A stretch of 64,000 nucleotides of DNA from the human T2T-CHM13v2.0 reference genome, Homo sapiens: assembly GCF_009914755.1 (NCBI RefSeq), contig NC_060925.1. The stretch is one strand, 5' to 3'. The translations under genes and the position numbers were made by a program. Positions 42,090 to 54,845 of this stretch are shown here, piece after piece. The notes under the pieces are model-generated. The model was not told where the DNA came from and made no database searches. It saw only the letters and a list, made by a program, of their open reading frames with translations. Positions within the stretch are counted from its first letter, which is position 1, and every line of letters begins with the position of its first letter.

Positions 42090-42788
42090 TCCATGTATAT
42101 CTTGATGCATAAGGATTACTCCAAATTGTGTTGCTTAAAACAATAACATTTTTAAAAATTTATTTATTTTATTATACTTTAAGTCCTGGGATACACGTGC
42201 AGAATGTGCAGGTTTGTTACATAGGTATACACGTGCCATGGTGGTTTGCTGCACCCATCAACCTGTCATCTACATTAGGTATTTCTCCTAATGCCAATAA
42301 TTTTATTATACTTACAGATTCTGTAGCTCAGAAATTTGGAAAGAGCAAGGTGAGGACAGCTTCTCTTTGCTCCACAAAGTCTGGGGCCTTTGTTAAAAAG
42401 ACTGAAAGGCTGCAGGTAACCCAATGGCTGAGGGCAGAGCCATCTAAAAGCTTGTCACTACTCACATGTCTGGCAATTAACGCTGAAGACCTAACAGTGG
42501 GACTTCAACGCCCCACCGGGGACTTTGGCCAGAACACCTACATGCAGCTGCTTGTGCTTCCCGATGTTCCAAGAAAACCATAAGGAAGAGGAAGCTATAT
42601 GCCTTTTGTGATCTTGCCTCAGAAGTCACATAGTGTGCCATGGTCATAAAAACCTCCCAGATTCAACTGGAGGGAGGAACATAGGCCCCACCCTTCAATG
42701 GGAGGAATGCCAAAGTCACATTCTGTAAGAAGAGCGTGGAGGAGGAGGATATTGATGCAGCCACTTTCAGAAAATATAACCTGCCACA
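42090..42788 (-). mobile_element. MLT1G/H-type MaLR LTR interrupted by an L1PA fragment
   Basis: gcttaaaacaataa...ctcacatgtctggca...gcctcagaagtcacatag...aaaatataacctgccaca. Confidence 0.75.
42147..42294 (-). mobile_element. 5'-truncated L1PA7-like 3' end
   Basis: ttattatactttaagt...ctgcacccatcaacctgtcatctacattagg; caataa on both flanks (42141-42146 / 42295-42300). Confidence 0.93.
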
Positions 42789-43123
42789 GTCATTGGGTGA
42801 ATGAGCCAGTCATTTCATTTCAATACACTTTGTAGTTTTTTCTGTTCCCACAACAATTACTTGCCTAGAGTAATAAAAACTTGATTTTCGTGTGAAAAAT
42901 GGTTAACAATAAGAAATCAAAATCAAACTTCAAGGAAAAGTTCAAAATTCTTAAATTACGGTATGAAAACCTGTATAGTAAACCACTGATGAGGAAATAA
43001 AATTCAGAAGAAAGTCATTTGCCTTTATATTCATTTTAATCTTTGCAAATATGAGGTTTTGCTAATGGTTTGTCTCCCTAGATAACATCATAATGGTGAC
43101 AAACCAGACATATACATCTAACT

Positions 43124-43304
43124 TAGGGTTTCTCAACCCTGACACTATGATTCTTTGTTGTCTGGGGCTGTCCTATGTTATTGCAGGACATTTAGCAGCA
43201 TCTCTGGTTTGTATCCCTTCCCCCAATCGTGGAAACTGAAAATGTCTTCAAACATCGCCAAATGTCCCCTGGGGTGCAAAATCTTCTTCAGCTGAGAATT
43301 GCTG
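43124..43304. mobile_element. MER20 (hAT-Charlie)
   Basis: gtttctcaacc...tttagcagcatctctgg...catcgccaaatgtcccctgggg...tgagaa. Confidence 0.82.
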
Positions 43305-45180
43305 CTATATGAGGCTGCAAATATATTCTCCAAAATTTGTTTCCTAAGACACTCTTAAGAGGTTTGCATAATATGTTTTTTTGAAAGTTTGCATTGCCTG
43401 ATGCTATAGGAACCTCTGTAGTTCATAATCATTTAACATGTGGCGTTCATTCAATATACTAAGTCTCTAGTAAACTGAGTCTTTTTCCTGTTAACAACAT
43501 TCATTCTGAGGGGCAGAAGCTCCTCCTCTACTGATAAGACTAGAGGATTAAGTCAGGCAGAATAATTTAAGTGAAAGAATAATGAGGATATTAATGTCTT
43601 GGCTCATCCTACCTGAGAATGCGTGGGTGTGCCGTTGGGGGGAGTTGCAGCTGCACATACTCTTCCCCATCACCCACCCATCACAACCTACCCCTCCCAC
43701 TTTCCAGAGAGAAGGTGTGAGTGGAAATAAAAAGCAGTGTGGTGATCACTTTATTTCTTGCATTCACAATTTGCTAGGGGCTGAGAGTGAACACTGAGAA
43801 GGTGTGAAAACAAGGAACAATTTCTGCACTGGGGTGTTACAACATTTAAGCTACAAGGTGCAGGGTAGAGTGCAGAATCACTGCATGCACCTTAGGTGGA
43901 AACCAAACCCTTTCCTGTAGACTCATGGGTATTTGAACTTGTTTGAATTTCAGGATTGAGTGGCAATAGGGATGGTATGTATAGGCGGTTCTCAGTTTAT
44001 AGATAAGTGGATTCTGAAATCCACTGTTGAAATCAGCAGTGCATTTTGCATAGGAAAATAATGTTATAATATGCTAGTTATGCCCCTAGACCAGTTGAGA
44101 AAAATCCTACTTAACTCCTTTGGTGCAGTGCCATGGTTCTAAAGAACATAATCACCATGTCTAACGGTGCTTCTCAGGACAGTTGCATTCAGATTTCTAA
44201 CATGGGATGCCAGAAGTTTGAGACAGAACCTGCTGACTGGCCTGCAGCCCATACTCATTGCAGCCAGTGCTCATGGCAGGCCAGTGCTCCCTGCAGGCCA
44301 GTCAGCAGGCGTTCTTTCCAACTTCTCTTTAATTCAGTAAGGTTTACCTGAAAAAAATAATGTGCCAGGCAGGCTATAGGTGTTGGGGGTTAAAAAAGAG
44401 GTATTCCTGTTTTTAAGAGGCTGAACTGCCAGCCTGTGCCATTCTTCCCTCTTGTACACATCGTGTACACATCAGGAGAAAACAAACTCCCTTTCAAACC
44501 TGGAAGTGACCTTCAAGACAGCCTGAAAGGTTGGAGCTCTTACAGGAGGAGGTAGTGAGGGAGATGGATCTGGGGACTTCTGCTTTTATTTTCTGTCGTT
44601 TGTCAGGGCCTTTGACTAGTGTTCCTGTCCTTCCTAATAACCAGCTACTGCAGAACAGAAGGTAACTTCACAGTTTCTCCCACTCCTCTAGTTCCTGAAA
44701 AATACAAATATTTGTGGAAAGCTGTTTTACCAACACAGGGATGGGGTGGATTTTGATCCTCATTGTCTCCATTCCCTGCTGACTACTGAGAATAAGCAAG
44801 AGGTGGCCTAAGGTTCAGGAAAGTGTCATTGCAAAGCCGATGCCAAGTTTTTAGGCATTGTAGTGTGGAAATTCCCTTTTGTAATGGTACTCTTCAAGTA
44901 CACTACCAGGTAAGCTATTTCAAAGGTCACAGAAGGGAAAGACTCATAGGTCAAATTAAGATGCTTCAATAACAGGGTTTATTAAATCCATTTAAAACTT
45001 ACAGCAAGAAGCAAGAGGAAAGAAATGAGATGTTAACACTCAGGGTAGGGTGCACGTGGGTAGAAGGAGCACACTATCTCATTCCTGGGTTATGCGATGC
45101 TTCTGCCTTCTGTCTCTTTTGCAGTGACAACAGCCTTGCCTTATGATGAGGAGGTTAGAGAACTACAGTTGAGGGAGGCT

Positions 45181-45572
45181 AGTGATAGTTAATCACATGT
45201 GCCAACTTGGTTAGGCCACAGTACCCAGATAGCTACTTAAATATCATCCAATATATTTCTGTGAAGGTATTTTTGGATGGGATTAAGATTTAAATCAGTA
45301 GACTTTGAGTGAAGCAGTTTGCCTTCTATACTGTGGGTAGGCCTCATCCATTCGATGGAACGGAGTCCAAAGTCAGTCATTCAGGTAGAATTCCCTGTCT
45401 CTCAAGGGAGCTTTGTCAGCAGACTGACTTTGGATTCTTCCCTGGGTCTCCAGCCTGCTGGCCTACCCTCCAGATTTTAGGCTCGCACAAAGCCTCCCCA
45501 ATCATGTGAGCTGATTCCTTAAAGTCCCTCTCTCCCTCTCTCTTTCTCCACATTCTGTGGATTTCTCTCTGG
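45181..45572 (+). mobile_element. MLT2-type (ERVL) LTR
   Basis: gtgatagttaat..atgtgccaacttgg..aggccacagtacccagata...aatcagtagactttgagtgaagcag. Confidence 0.82.
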
Positions 45573-45932
45573 TGTCACAATTCCCCCATTTAGGTAGGTC
45601 TGACATCAAGTACCCTTTGTGCAGTCATGGTGGTAGGGTGGAGAATTAAGGAACAGGACAGAAAGGGAAGGGCAGCCTGCCTCCCATCACCCACTGGACT
45701 GGGAGAGGGAGAGATATCCTCTCAAGGTGTCTCTGCCTAGGAGATCTAGGCACAGATGTGGGCAGAGCCATGAGCGGCAGAAGAGGCACCTGCCAGGTGG
45801 ATGATTCGGGGGCCATCCCTGGGATAAAGGGAGACAAATGTCCTCATTCTCAAAAATAACAAACCTGACTATCTTAATAACACATTTTGAGTTTCTCCTG
45901 AAGCTAGTTTTCTTCCTTTTTGCTTCCACCTC

Positions 45933-46327
45933 TGCTATGGTTTGAATGTGTCCCTCAAAGTTCATGTGTTGGAAATTTAATCCCCAATGCAATCGTGTTT
46001 GGAGGCGGAGCCTAGTAAGAGGTGATTAGTCATGAGGGCTCTAGACTTCACGAATGGATTAATGTTCTTGTCACAGGAGTAGGTTAGTAATCAGAAAAGT
46101 AGGGTGGTTATAAAGTGAGTTTGGCCCCCCTTCCTATCTTGCTCTCAAGCGCTCTCTTGTTCTTCTGCCTTCTGCCATGGGACGATGCAGCACAAAGGTC
46201 CTTATCAGATGCCAACTCCATGCTCTTGGACTTCCCAGCCTCAGAACTAAATACATTTCTGTTCATTATAATTTACCCAGTCTGTGGTATTCTGTTATAG
46301 TGGCAAAAAATAGACCAGACTAAGACA
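45933..46327 (+). mobile_element. MSTB-type MaLR solo LTR
   Basis: tgctatggtttgaatgtgtccc...gactaagaca; exact TSD acctc (45928-45932 / 46328-46332). Confidence 0.9.
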
Positions 46328-46589
46328 ACCTCCTAGAACCTGTAAGAAAAAGGAAAAAACACACAAAGCTAATAGTAGTTGGTCTTAGACTATACAGAGA
46401 GCTAGACTGAGATTCATCTGAATATTTGAGGAAAGTTCAAACTCAATGAGGCGTCAAGGCATTTTTGGCACAGAAACAAGATGAGGCCTCACCTTGGTGG
46501 CCTTCCCCTCCCCCCTTGCTGTCACAGGTCCTGTCTCAGGTGACCCAGGCCCTACTAGTTCCCTCCCCTCTGCTGGAGTGGAACCCTAT

Positions 46590-46750
46590 GCTGGTTTCCT
46601 TTATCACATGCTGTCACTGCCTGACTCCTTAGGTGCCCCCACCACTGCACTGTAGTTTATTGAAGTCAAGAAGCAGGACTTTTGCACCACTTAGCACAAT
46701 GCCTAGCACATAGTCAGCACTCAAAAGAAATTTGTTTAATGAATAAATGA
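46590..46750 (+). mobile_element. L2 3' end
   Basis: ttagcacaatgcctagcacatagtcagcactcaa..aatttgtttaatgaataaatga. Confidence 0.75.
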
Positions 46751-47739
46751 CCCAGCACCAGACCAATCTAGAATGAGATGAGAAGCAGGACATAAGGATG
46801 GGAGCCCCAGGCAGACTGAAAGTTAGCTGTCAGGTAAGGAACAAAGGGAAAAACATCACTGTTGGAGACCGCTGAGGCCACACAGCTGAACAGCTAGTTC
46901 CCATGAAGGTAACAGGCATATAAAGTAGGGGGCAACCTTTATTAGAAAAGAAAAATTTCTAACTCATATGCAGAGAGGCAGACAATCTTATCAAACAACC
47001 AAATGTCAGATCTCAAATATTTACACACTATCTTGCCATGGAACATGTTTTTCCACCAGGGAAACTGGTGAAACTCCGTTCTACCATGTGCTGTTGCCAG
47101 AGCAATATTCCCAAAATGTGCTCAAGAGCCTTCCATGCAGTATTTGCTTACTGTAGGTGGTCACAACATTTTTGAGAATCTGATGAAAGCTATGGTCTTC
47201 CTAGAAAAACATACCCAAATTTGCATTCAATTATAGGGGGCAGTGGTTTAGCCCACCCCCGCTCTGGTGGTCTCCCATTTCCTCAAATAAAATCTATCCC
47301 TTGCTCCTCTGCCTCTTCCCCACCTGGCTTTGGAGTGACACTGTCCCAGCCATTCTGCTCTTTTTCCCACGCCCCAAACACACCTTGTGGCTTTCCCACA
47401 TTTGAACTTGGAGTCAAAGATCCTAAAGTTCTTTTAAGGTGCCCTGGGGACAGGAGCTGGGCCCCCACAGTCCACTCATGGCCAGGGCAACAAAAATTAA
47501 GGGAACAGCCATAACCTGTTCTGTAGCACAGTCCTGGCTGGCCCCACCCATCTTTCTGTGACTCTAGGCAGTGCAGGCTTCAGACTTGGTGTGGTCTCTT
47601 GGCCTCTCTGACTGAGATCTATCCCTAGACTTGCAAATCCTGTTGCTCCCAGCGACTCCCTAATGGCTCAGACTCCTGGAAATTCCTGATACAAAGCCTG
47701 CCAGATCTGACCCCAGGAGAGTGCTCACCCTTTCTACCT

Positions 47740-48200
47740 ACTCATTCAATAATCAATCAATCCAGCATCCATGCTGTGTCATGGAGTGCTCCAGAAAGTT
47801 GTGGGAGTATAGCTAGACCCAGTTCCTGCCTCAGGAGCTCCGTCTTAGAAGGGCGGCAGCTACATGCAGAAATGCCTCCACAGGGAAGTCACAGAGAAAC
47901 AATCACCCCTGGTGTTAGCAGGAAGGAGGTGACTGCTAAGATGAGGCCTGAGGAACAAGGCCTGACATGTTCCAGGAAAAAGAAAAGTCTGAGTAAAACA
48001 TTCAAGGCCAGAAGAAAGAGAGGATGGTGTGGGAACTGCAAGCTTTTTAGGATGTGTGGACTCTGGAGTCCCTGGAGGGAGTGATGAGGCTCGGCAGATC
48101 CAGAGGGCCAGGGAGATGAGGGGCCCTTGTGAGCAGGGTTAAAGAGACCCCACTCTACCCTGAGGGTGGGGGAAGCCATGGAAGCGGGGGCTGGATCAAA
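47740..48200 (-). mobile_element. L2 fragment, highly diverged
   Basis: cattcaat...ttcctgcctcaggagctc...ggaggtgact..taagatgaggcctgag. Confidence 0.55.
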
Positions 48201-48764
48201 TGGTCTCTCTCAGGCCTGGGCAGCTCTCTCGCTCCAGTTGCCCTGGACTTGTTAATGCTGCCACCTCCTACTCTATCCCTTAGGGCTTTTTTGAGTCTGA
48301 GCATTACAGAACCATAAATATGACACACACTTTCATCTCATTTCTCCTTTTTGCCATTGAACTTCAACCAGCACCTCAAAAACAGCTGGTCCAAGATGGA
48401 ACTCAGGGTTCCTGTGAAGCCCCTCATCCTCAGGCCTGCTCCCATGGCACTGACAATAGGACAGAGCCCTCCTTTCTCCCTCTGCCCCTGCCAACGAGGA
48501 CACAAGCCCTTATGATTTCAGGGGTTGGTGTTTAGTTTTTAAACTGCTAATCCCTGAAAGGAGCCAGAAATGGATACCATAATAACCTGAGGTATGGGTG
48601 GGGCCTGTGGTGGAGTGGGAAAGTTTCCAACACCTTCCAGTACCTTCCATTCAGTCTCTATCCTTAGTCCTGACTCCCTTGGTCATAAAAGTACTCCCTT
48701 GTGTTTTGTTCTTTCGATGGGCTTAATAAACACTGCTTATACCTCACTGTCCCCGACATTTGAG

Positions 48765-49070
48765 TAGTGGTTCACATACTTCTTTGACCACTAACCGTAG
48801 AAAGAAAGACATTTTATATCATGACCCAGCACACACACACATGTAAAACAAATTTCCTGAAGTAATATTGTACTTTCTACAAATGATGCCCTCTGATATT
48901 TTAGTCCAGTCTTTCCCTCCTTCCCTCCCTCCCTCCCTGCTTCTCTCCCTCCCTCCCTCCCTCCTTCCCTCCTTCCTTCATTCCTTCTTTTCTTCTTTCC
49001 TGGTCACAGCCCACCAAACTGATTTCAATATCCAAGTAATGGGGTGCAACCTACAGTTGGAAAAGCACTG
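48765..49070 (+). mobile_element. MER119 (hAT-Charlie) containing a (CCCT/CCTT)n tract at about 48911-49000
   Basis: acattttatatcatgacccagcacacacac...ctgatttca..taatgggg.gcaacctacagtt.gaaaagcactg. Confidence 0.75.
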
Positions 49071-49339
49071 CTTAGCGGAAGAACATGCAGAGACCTTCCC
49101 GAAGAGTACCTGTCTCCAGCCAAGGCAATCCAGATGAAGTCAAAAGTGTCCCCTATCTTAAAGGTTATTTTGAGTTTTGAGCTGCTTCCTGGGCCTCAGT
49201 TGACTTAGAAATGTTCCCTTTTGGTAACTGCCTTAAAGAATATGGATCCTAGAAGAGTGTTAGGTCTGTGTGTTGTTCCACCCACAGTCCGCTGGCAAGT
49301 GAGAATGGCAGAGGGAAAAGGAGCAGGCCATGTTGTCAG

Positions 49340-49560
49340 TGTCTGGTGATAATAACAGCAATGATAATACCAACAGCTATCGAGCTTGGCCAGACACTGT
49401 GCTGGGCTTTGTCTCACTCAGTCCGCACCAAAGCCTCTGAGTTCGACATTATCCCCATTTTACAGAATGTCAAAGGGAGGTGCGGAGGATTCACCCAGTT
49501 AGGTACTAGCAGGACAACAGGCTGGGATTCGCCCAGGTCTGCTGGACACCAGAGGCTGGG
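49340..49560 (-). mobile_element. MIR
   Basis: gccagacactgtgctgggc...attatccccattttacaga. Confidence 0.75.
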
Positions 49561-49829
49561 TCTTGACAAACCTGAGTGTTCTGGGTGTACTCCGTGGTCT
49601 AAAGGTGCTGGGGAGATTGGTCACCTCTAATTTCACATAGACAGTGTGTGTTCCATATGTTGCCCTGTCTCAGGGATTCCTCATTGGAATCTGTTTCATT
49701 CCCAGAAGTTTCACGAGCCCTTGAAATGGTGAAACAAGACTTTGAATGTACATTTTTCTGGCTAACCTCTCAAAGCAGTCCTTGACTCACTGACCCATCT
49801 GGCTGAGCTAAATGATCTGAATATAATTA

Positions 49830-50165
49830 CAGTCAGCTCTTTGTATCCATGGGTTCTGCATCTGTGAATTCAACCAACCACAGATAGAAAATATTTGATA
49901 AAAACTTGTGATTATACTGAACATGTGCAGACTTTTCTTCTTGTCATCATTCCCTAAACAATATAGTATAACAGGTATTTACATAGCATTTACATGCATT
50001 AGGTGGTACAACTAATCTAAAGATGATTGGAAGTATAGGGGTGGCTGTGCATTAGTAATATGCAAATATTACACCATTTTATATGAGGGACTTGAACATT
50101 CATGGATTTTGGTATCCATGAGGAAGTCCTGGAACCAGTTCCCCACTGGTATCGAGGGACGACTG
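49830..50165 (+). mobile_element. MER2 (TcMar-Tigger MITE), full length
   Basis: TIRs cagtcagctctttgtatcc / gtatcgagggacgactg with TA TSD on both sides. Confidence 0.9.
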
Positions 50166-50559
50166 TACATTTTGGCAGCAACGATCAATTCAAGTATGTG
50201 TATGGTTGGGAGGGGGCTGGCTGTTGGAGATCAGTACAATAAGAGAGATTGTCTATTTGTAGGTCCCTGTGGGACAGGAAATTCATGTGGGAAGGAGATG
50301 TATGCAACTGAAGTGGGTGGGTGATGGGGATATTCCTGCCCAGAAAAGGGGAGTGGAGGCTGGGGAGAGCAGCTTCCTGGTCTATAAATGAGGGATTGTT
50401 CTAGACTAGGTTTCTGAGAGCCTCGCAGAGTCTGCAGAGATGCGTTGAGGCTGAGGCTCTTCTGCCATTACCTCAGGCTTTAACCGTAGCTATTCCCTCT
50501 TTCTGTTTGAGGGGGAAGGAGGCCATCTCTGCTACTTTAAAAAGGAGGGGAAGGAGAGA

Positions 50560-50870
50560 ACCTCAGACAAATCCCAACTGAGGAACATCATACAAAATAC
50601 TTGGCCAGCACGCCCCGAAACTGTCAAGGTCATCCAAAACAAGGAAAGCCTGAGAAAGCACCACAGTCTAGAGGAGCCTAATGAGACATGATGCCTAAGT
50701 GTGGTCCTTAGTCAATAATGTATCAAAATTTGTTCATTAATTATGATAAATATACCAGTGTAAGACGGTAATCATAGGAGAAGCTGAGCGTTGGGGATAT
50801 GGGAACTCTGTACTCTCTTTGCAATTTTTATGTGAATGTAAATCAATTTTAAAATTTAGAACTATTAAAA
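50560..50870 (+). mobile_element. L1MC/MD 3' fragment
   Basis: aaactgtcaaggtcatccaaaacaaggaaag.ctgagaaa...gggaactctgtact.tctttgcaa. Confidence 0.75.
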
Positions 50871-51499
50871 GAAGGGGGTGCTACTGACTAGTTGACCTCT
50901 GAGGTCCTTCCCAGCTCTGACAATCCCTGAGTAGTCTGTGCAGTGGCTTGGGCTGGGGCCCTAGGGGAGAGGGGGGTTTCCAGAGTTTCTGAGCATGGAA
51001 TCCAGGGGTGTGAGCTGCACCTGAGCACCTAGATGCTTTGGGGGAATAGAATTCCAGCTTGAGCCTGGGTCTTGCCCTTCATATCTGGCTAGAAAGCTGG
51101 CAACCTTTGCATCACAGAGCCATAGATGGGACACACACTTTCATCTCTTTCCTCTTTTTTGCTCTTGAACATCAGCCAGTACCTCAGAGACATCTTGGTC
51201 CAAAACTGAGCTCAGGGCCCCCCGCCCTGTTCACTGCTCACCCTAGGTCTGCTTCTCTTCATATGTTCTGGGCACAGCACCACCCTTCTCCAGTCACTCG
51301 TGCAGTGACCAGCAAGTCATCCTCAACGTCTCTCTTCTCTCCTCCCATGCTCAGCCAGTCATAACCCCCTAAGGATCCCTGTCCCTGGTATGGTGGGTAT
51401 ACACAGACCCTCCTCATCCTCACTGCTACTGTCTTAGCTCAGCCTCTCCCCATTGGCCTAGCTGGTGTCCAGCCACTAAGGCTTCTAATCCACTCTTTA

Positions 51500-51700
<201 letters not shown>

Positions 51701-52159
51701 TCATGATGAAATATTTCAGGCAAACCAAAGGATGCAGGTAATAAATGAACCTACTACCAAGTATAAGAAAGACAACGTTACTGATGCAATTAAAGCTCCC
51801 TGCATTCCCTGTCTGACTCATTCCCCACCCTCCAACCTATTTCTTCCCATTCTCAGACTTCTTACGCTTTTCCTTCTCAGCATGGCCTACTCTGACCACT
51901 CAATTTAACATTGCAATCCAGAACTCAGCTTCCTCAGCACCACAATCTCTTTTACTTCTGCTCTTTTTTTTTTAAAATGCATTTTATCACTTTTTTCAGG
52001 TTAAGGAAGTTCTCTTCTATTTTTAATTTTTATCATGGAAAAAGTTTGAGTTTTGTCGAATGCTTTCTCTGCATCAGCTGAGATGCTCATGCACTTCTTC
52101 TCCTTTAATCCGTTAGCATGGTGTTTTGCAGAACTAGATATGCTGGCGTTCCTGGGATA

Positions 52160-52885
52160 ACAGTTCAGGGTTTTCATCAGGTGATTAACATGATCTAATT
52201 TTCATTCTAACAAGTTCACACTGGCTGCTGTGTGGAGAATGCATTGTGGGGAGCGAGGGTGAAGGAAGCGAGATTAGCCAGGTGGCTAGGACAATCGTCT
52301 GGGCCAGAGAGGATGGGAAAGTGGTAATGGAGATAAGTGGGAGGATTAGGAAGATATTTTGGAGATAAAACTGACAGAGTTCACAGATGGATTAGAGGAA
52401 AAGGGAAGAGCTGAGAATGACGATTAGGTTTTGGTGGAGCAGCGAGGTGGTCCCACTTTTCTTAATGGAGAGCACAGGGAGAGTCAAAGCAGGAAGGGTA
52501 GGAATGAAGGTCCTTTTCTAGATTTGTTAGGATTCAGATGCCTGTTAGACTCCCAAGGGGAGGTGTGAGCAGGTGGTTGGGTGTTTGAGTGTGCAGCTCA
52601 GTAGCAAGAGAGTTATCAGTGTACAGGTGGTGTTTAAAGCCACAGCCATCGATGCGATCCCTGAGAGGGAGAGTGAGACAGAGAGGACGGGGCGCAAGGC
52701 CAAGCACAGGGCTTTCCAGCACCAGTCAGGTGGCTAGTAAGGGCCAGCAAAGGAGACTAGATAAAGGAGGTTGCAGGTGGGAAGAGAAACTCAGAGAGGA
52801 GGAAGGTGAAGGCAGGGCTGGCCAGCCGTTCAAATGCTGTTGAGAGGTAGAGGAGGGTGAGGGCAGAGAAGTGTCCAGTGGTTAC
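52160..52885 (-). mobile_element. L2 (ORF2 end / 3' region)
   Basis: cactggctgctgtgtggagaat...cagatgcctgttagac.cccaagg...ttcaaatgctgttgagagg. Confidence 0.8.
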
Positions 52886-54364
52886 CAGTGGACTTCGTTA
52901 ACTTAATATTTCTGAATTTTGTTATTTTCTGTGCTCAGTTACATGAGGAAAACACCAAGGACCATTTATTTGCACACGGTACTGAATAAAACCAAACTTA
53001 TCCTCAGCCCTCTTTCAGATGTTTTAGGGGCAGGAAGGTGACTTTTCTGAATGTCTTCTTCTCAAAAGAGCATCTCTGGATTTGCCTCTGGTCACCAGCT
53101 CCCAGTGTTTTTGTAGCTGTGACACTCTACATTGAGTTTGATTTTGCCGTCTCCTAAGCTTGACTCACAGAGCTATAAATACAACTGTTTCCACACACAC
53201 ACTGAACTCACTCTCCACGTAAAGCACCCTAAAGGGCTGCGGAGTTCACAGAGAGGAGCACTGCCTCACCCCTGCCCTGAAGGTCCATTAAAAAAATGAA
53301 ACTGCATTTAAATTACCTTCATTTAGGCAGTTTCATCACACACCCTTTGAGATAACATTTACACATAACACTGGGACTCCTTGCTCTAAGTTGTCAAAAC
53401 AATTGCTGGCTGGGGTTTAAGGTGTGCATGTAGGTTACCAGAGTCTGGAAAGACAGCCTTGCCTTAACCCGGTGGCATTCAAGTTTAAAGTTTCCACCTT
53501 GGGATTTATGTTTGGCCAAGAAAGTGGTAAGGGCCTCCTCTTAGCCATCCTCATTTAGTCGTTCCTATTTCAACAAGCCCTCCCTTTCTTAAACAACCAA
53601 GATTATTCTCAACAAAGGTAATTTTCTGCTTCTCTGGTTCAATTCAATTTATCTTTTAAAAAGTAATTAGTATCCCTTTAGAATTCCTTTATGCCCGACT
53701 AATTGCACCTTAGTTCAGGAGTTAAAGCTTCTCTCTATCCATTTAGGCAACTACAATAATATCTAGTTAAAGTCCAGGCCAGACAAAAATGCCCATTTTG
53801 GATAACACAGTCTCCTTAGCTTTCTAAGTATTTAAATTTCCACCAGTCAGGGAGAGAGGTAGGGGATCCATTTATATTGTAAGGCATTCCTGAGAAGGTG
53901 TATTTCCAATTAACTGAGCATGGGAGGAATTGGAAACTAGCACAACTAGGGGACTTAAATATGCATTAAGAAAAATTCCACTACTCATTTGAAACTAGTT
54001 GGTAGGCCCATAAGTATCAGCAGCACTGTGTAGCTTGTATTTTTCCTTTGTAAACCAACACTACTTGTTTACTTAAGCCTGGTAAGTGAATCTGGACTTA
54101 GCCAACACACGACCCGATTAGACAGATCTTTTTACAGGGTAGATAGCATTAGAGAAGTGCCAGGTGTTACAGAAAAACAGCTGGCCCTGCTATGTTCTTT
54201 GTTTCCAGGAGAGAGACCAGTTGAAAGAGAATCATAGAATTTTAGAGCTCAAATCATCTTAGAATAGAGTCACTCATGATTTTTAGTCCAACAGATTTAT
54301 TAATGGCAAAGGGAGGATTTGAAAATTGCTAATTTTATTCCCAGCCCTTTGGTCTTTCCACTAG

Positions 54365-54490
54365 AGAGGTGGTTCTTGACCGTGCAGCATACTGGCATCA
54401 GCAGGGAAATTAAAGCAAATGAAGACACAAGCAAACGCCTTCCACAGAGATGGAGATTAAACTGATTTGGGGAGCTGCCTGGGCATTGGG

Positions 54491-54541
<51 letters not shown>

Positions 54542-54845
54542 TCAGAGTCTCCATCTGTTGCCCAGGCTGGGGTGCAGTGGTGGGATCACGGCTCACCACA
54601 GCCTTGACCTCCCTGGCTTAAGTGATCCTTCTGCTTCAGCCTCCTGAGTAGCTGAGACTACAGGCACATGCCACCACATCTGACTAATTTTTGTATTTTT
54701 TTGTAGAGATGGAATTTCGCCTTGTTGCCCAGACTGATCTCAAACTCCTGGGTCAAGTGATCCACCAGCCTTGGCCTCCCAGAGCGCTACGGTTACAGAC
54801 ATGAGCCACTGCACCTGGCCGATATTGAGATTTTAAAACACTCCT
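54365..54845. mobile_element. MER5-type hAT element interrupted by AluJ
   Basis: gtggttcttgac...cctgggcattgggat | attgagattttaaaacactcc. Confidence 0.55.
54492..54820 (-). mobile_element. AluJ whose tail is a (TG)18(AG)n microsatellite
   Basis: J-type arms; TSD-like attgggat / attgagat. Confidence 0.9.
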
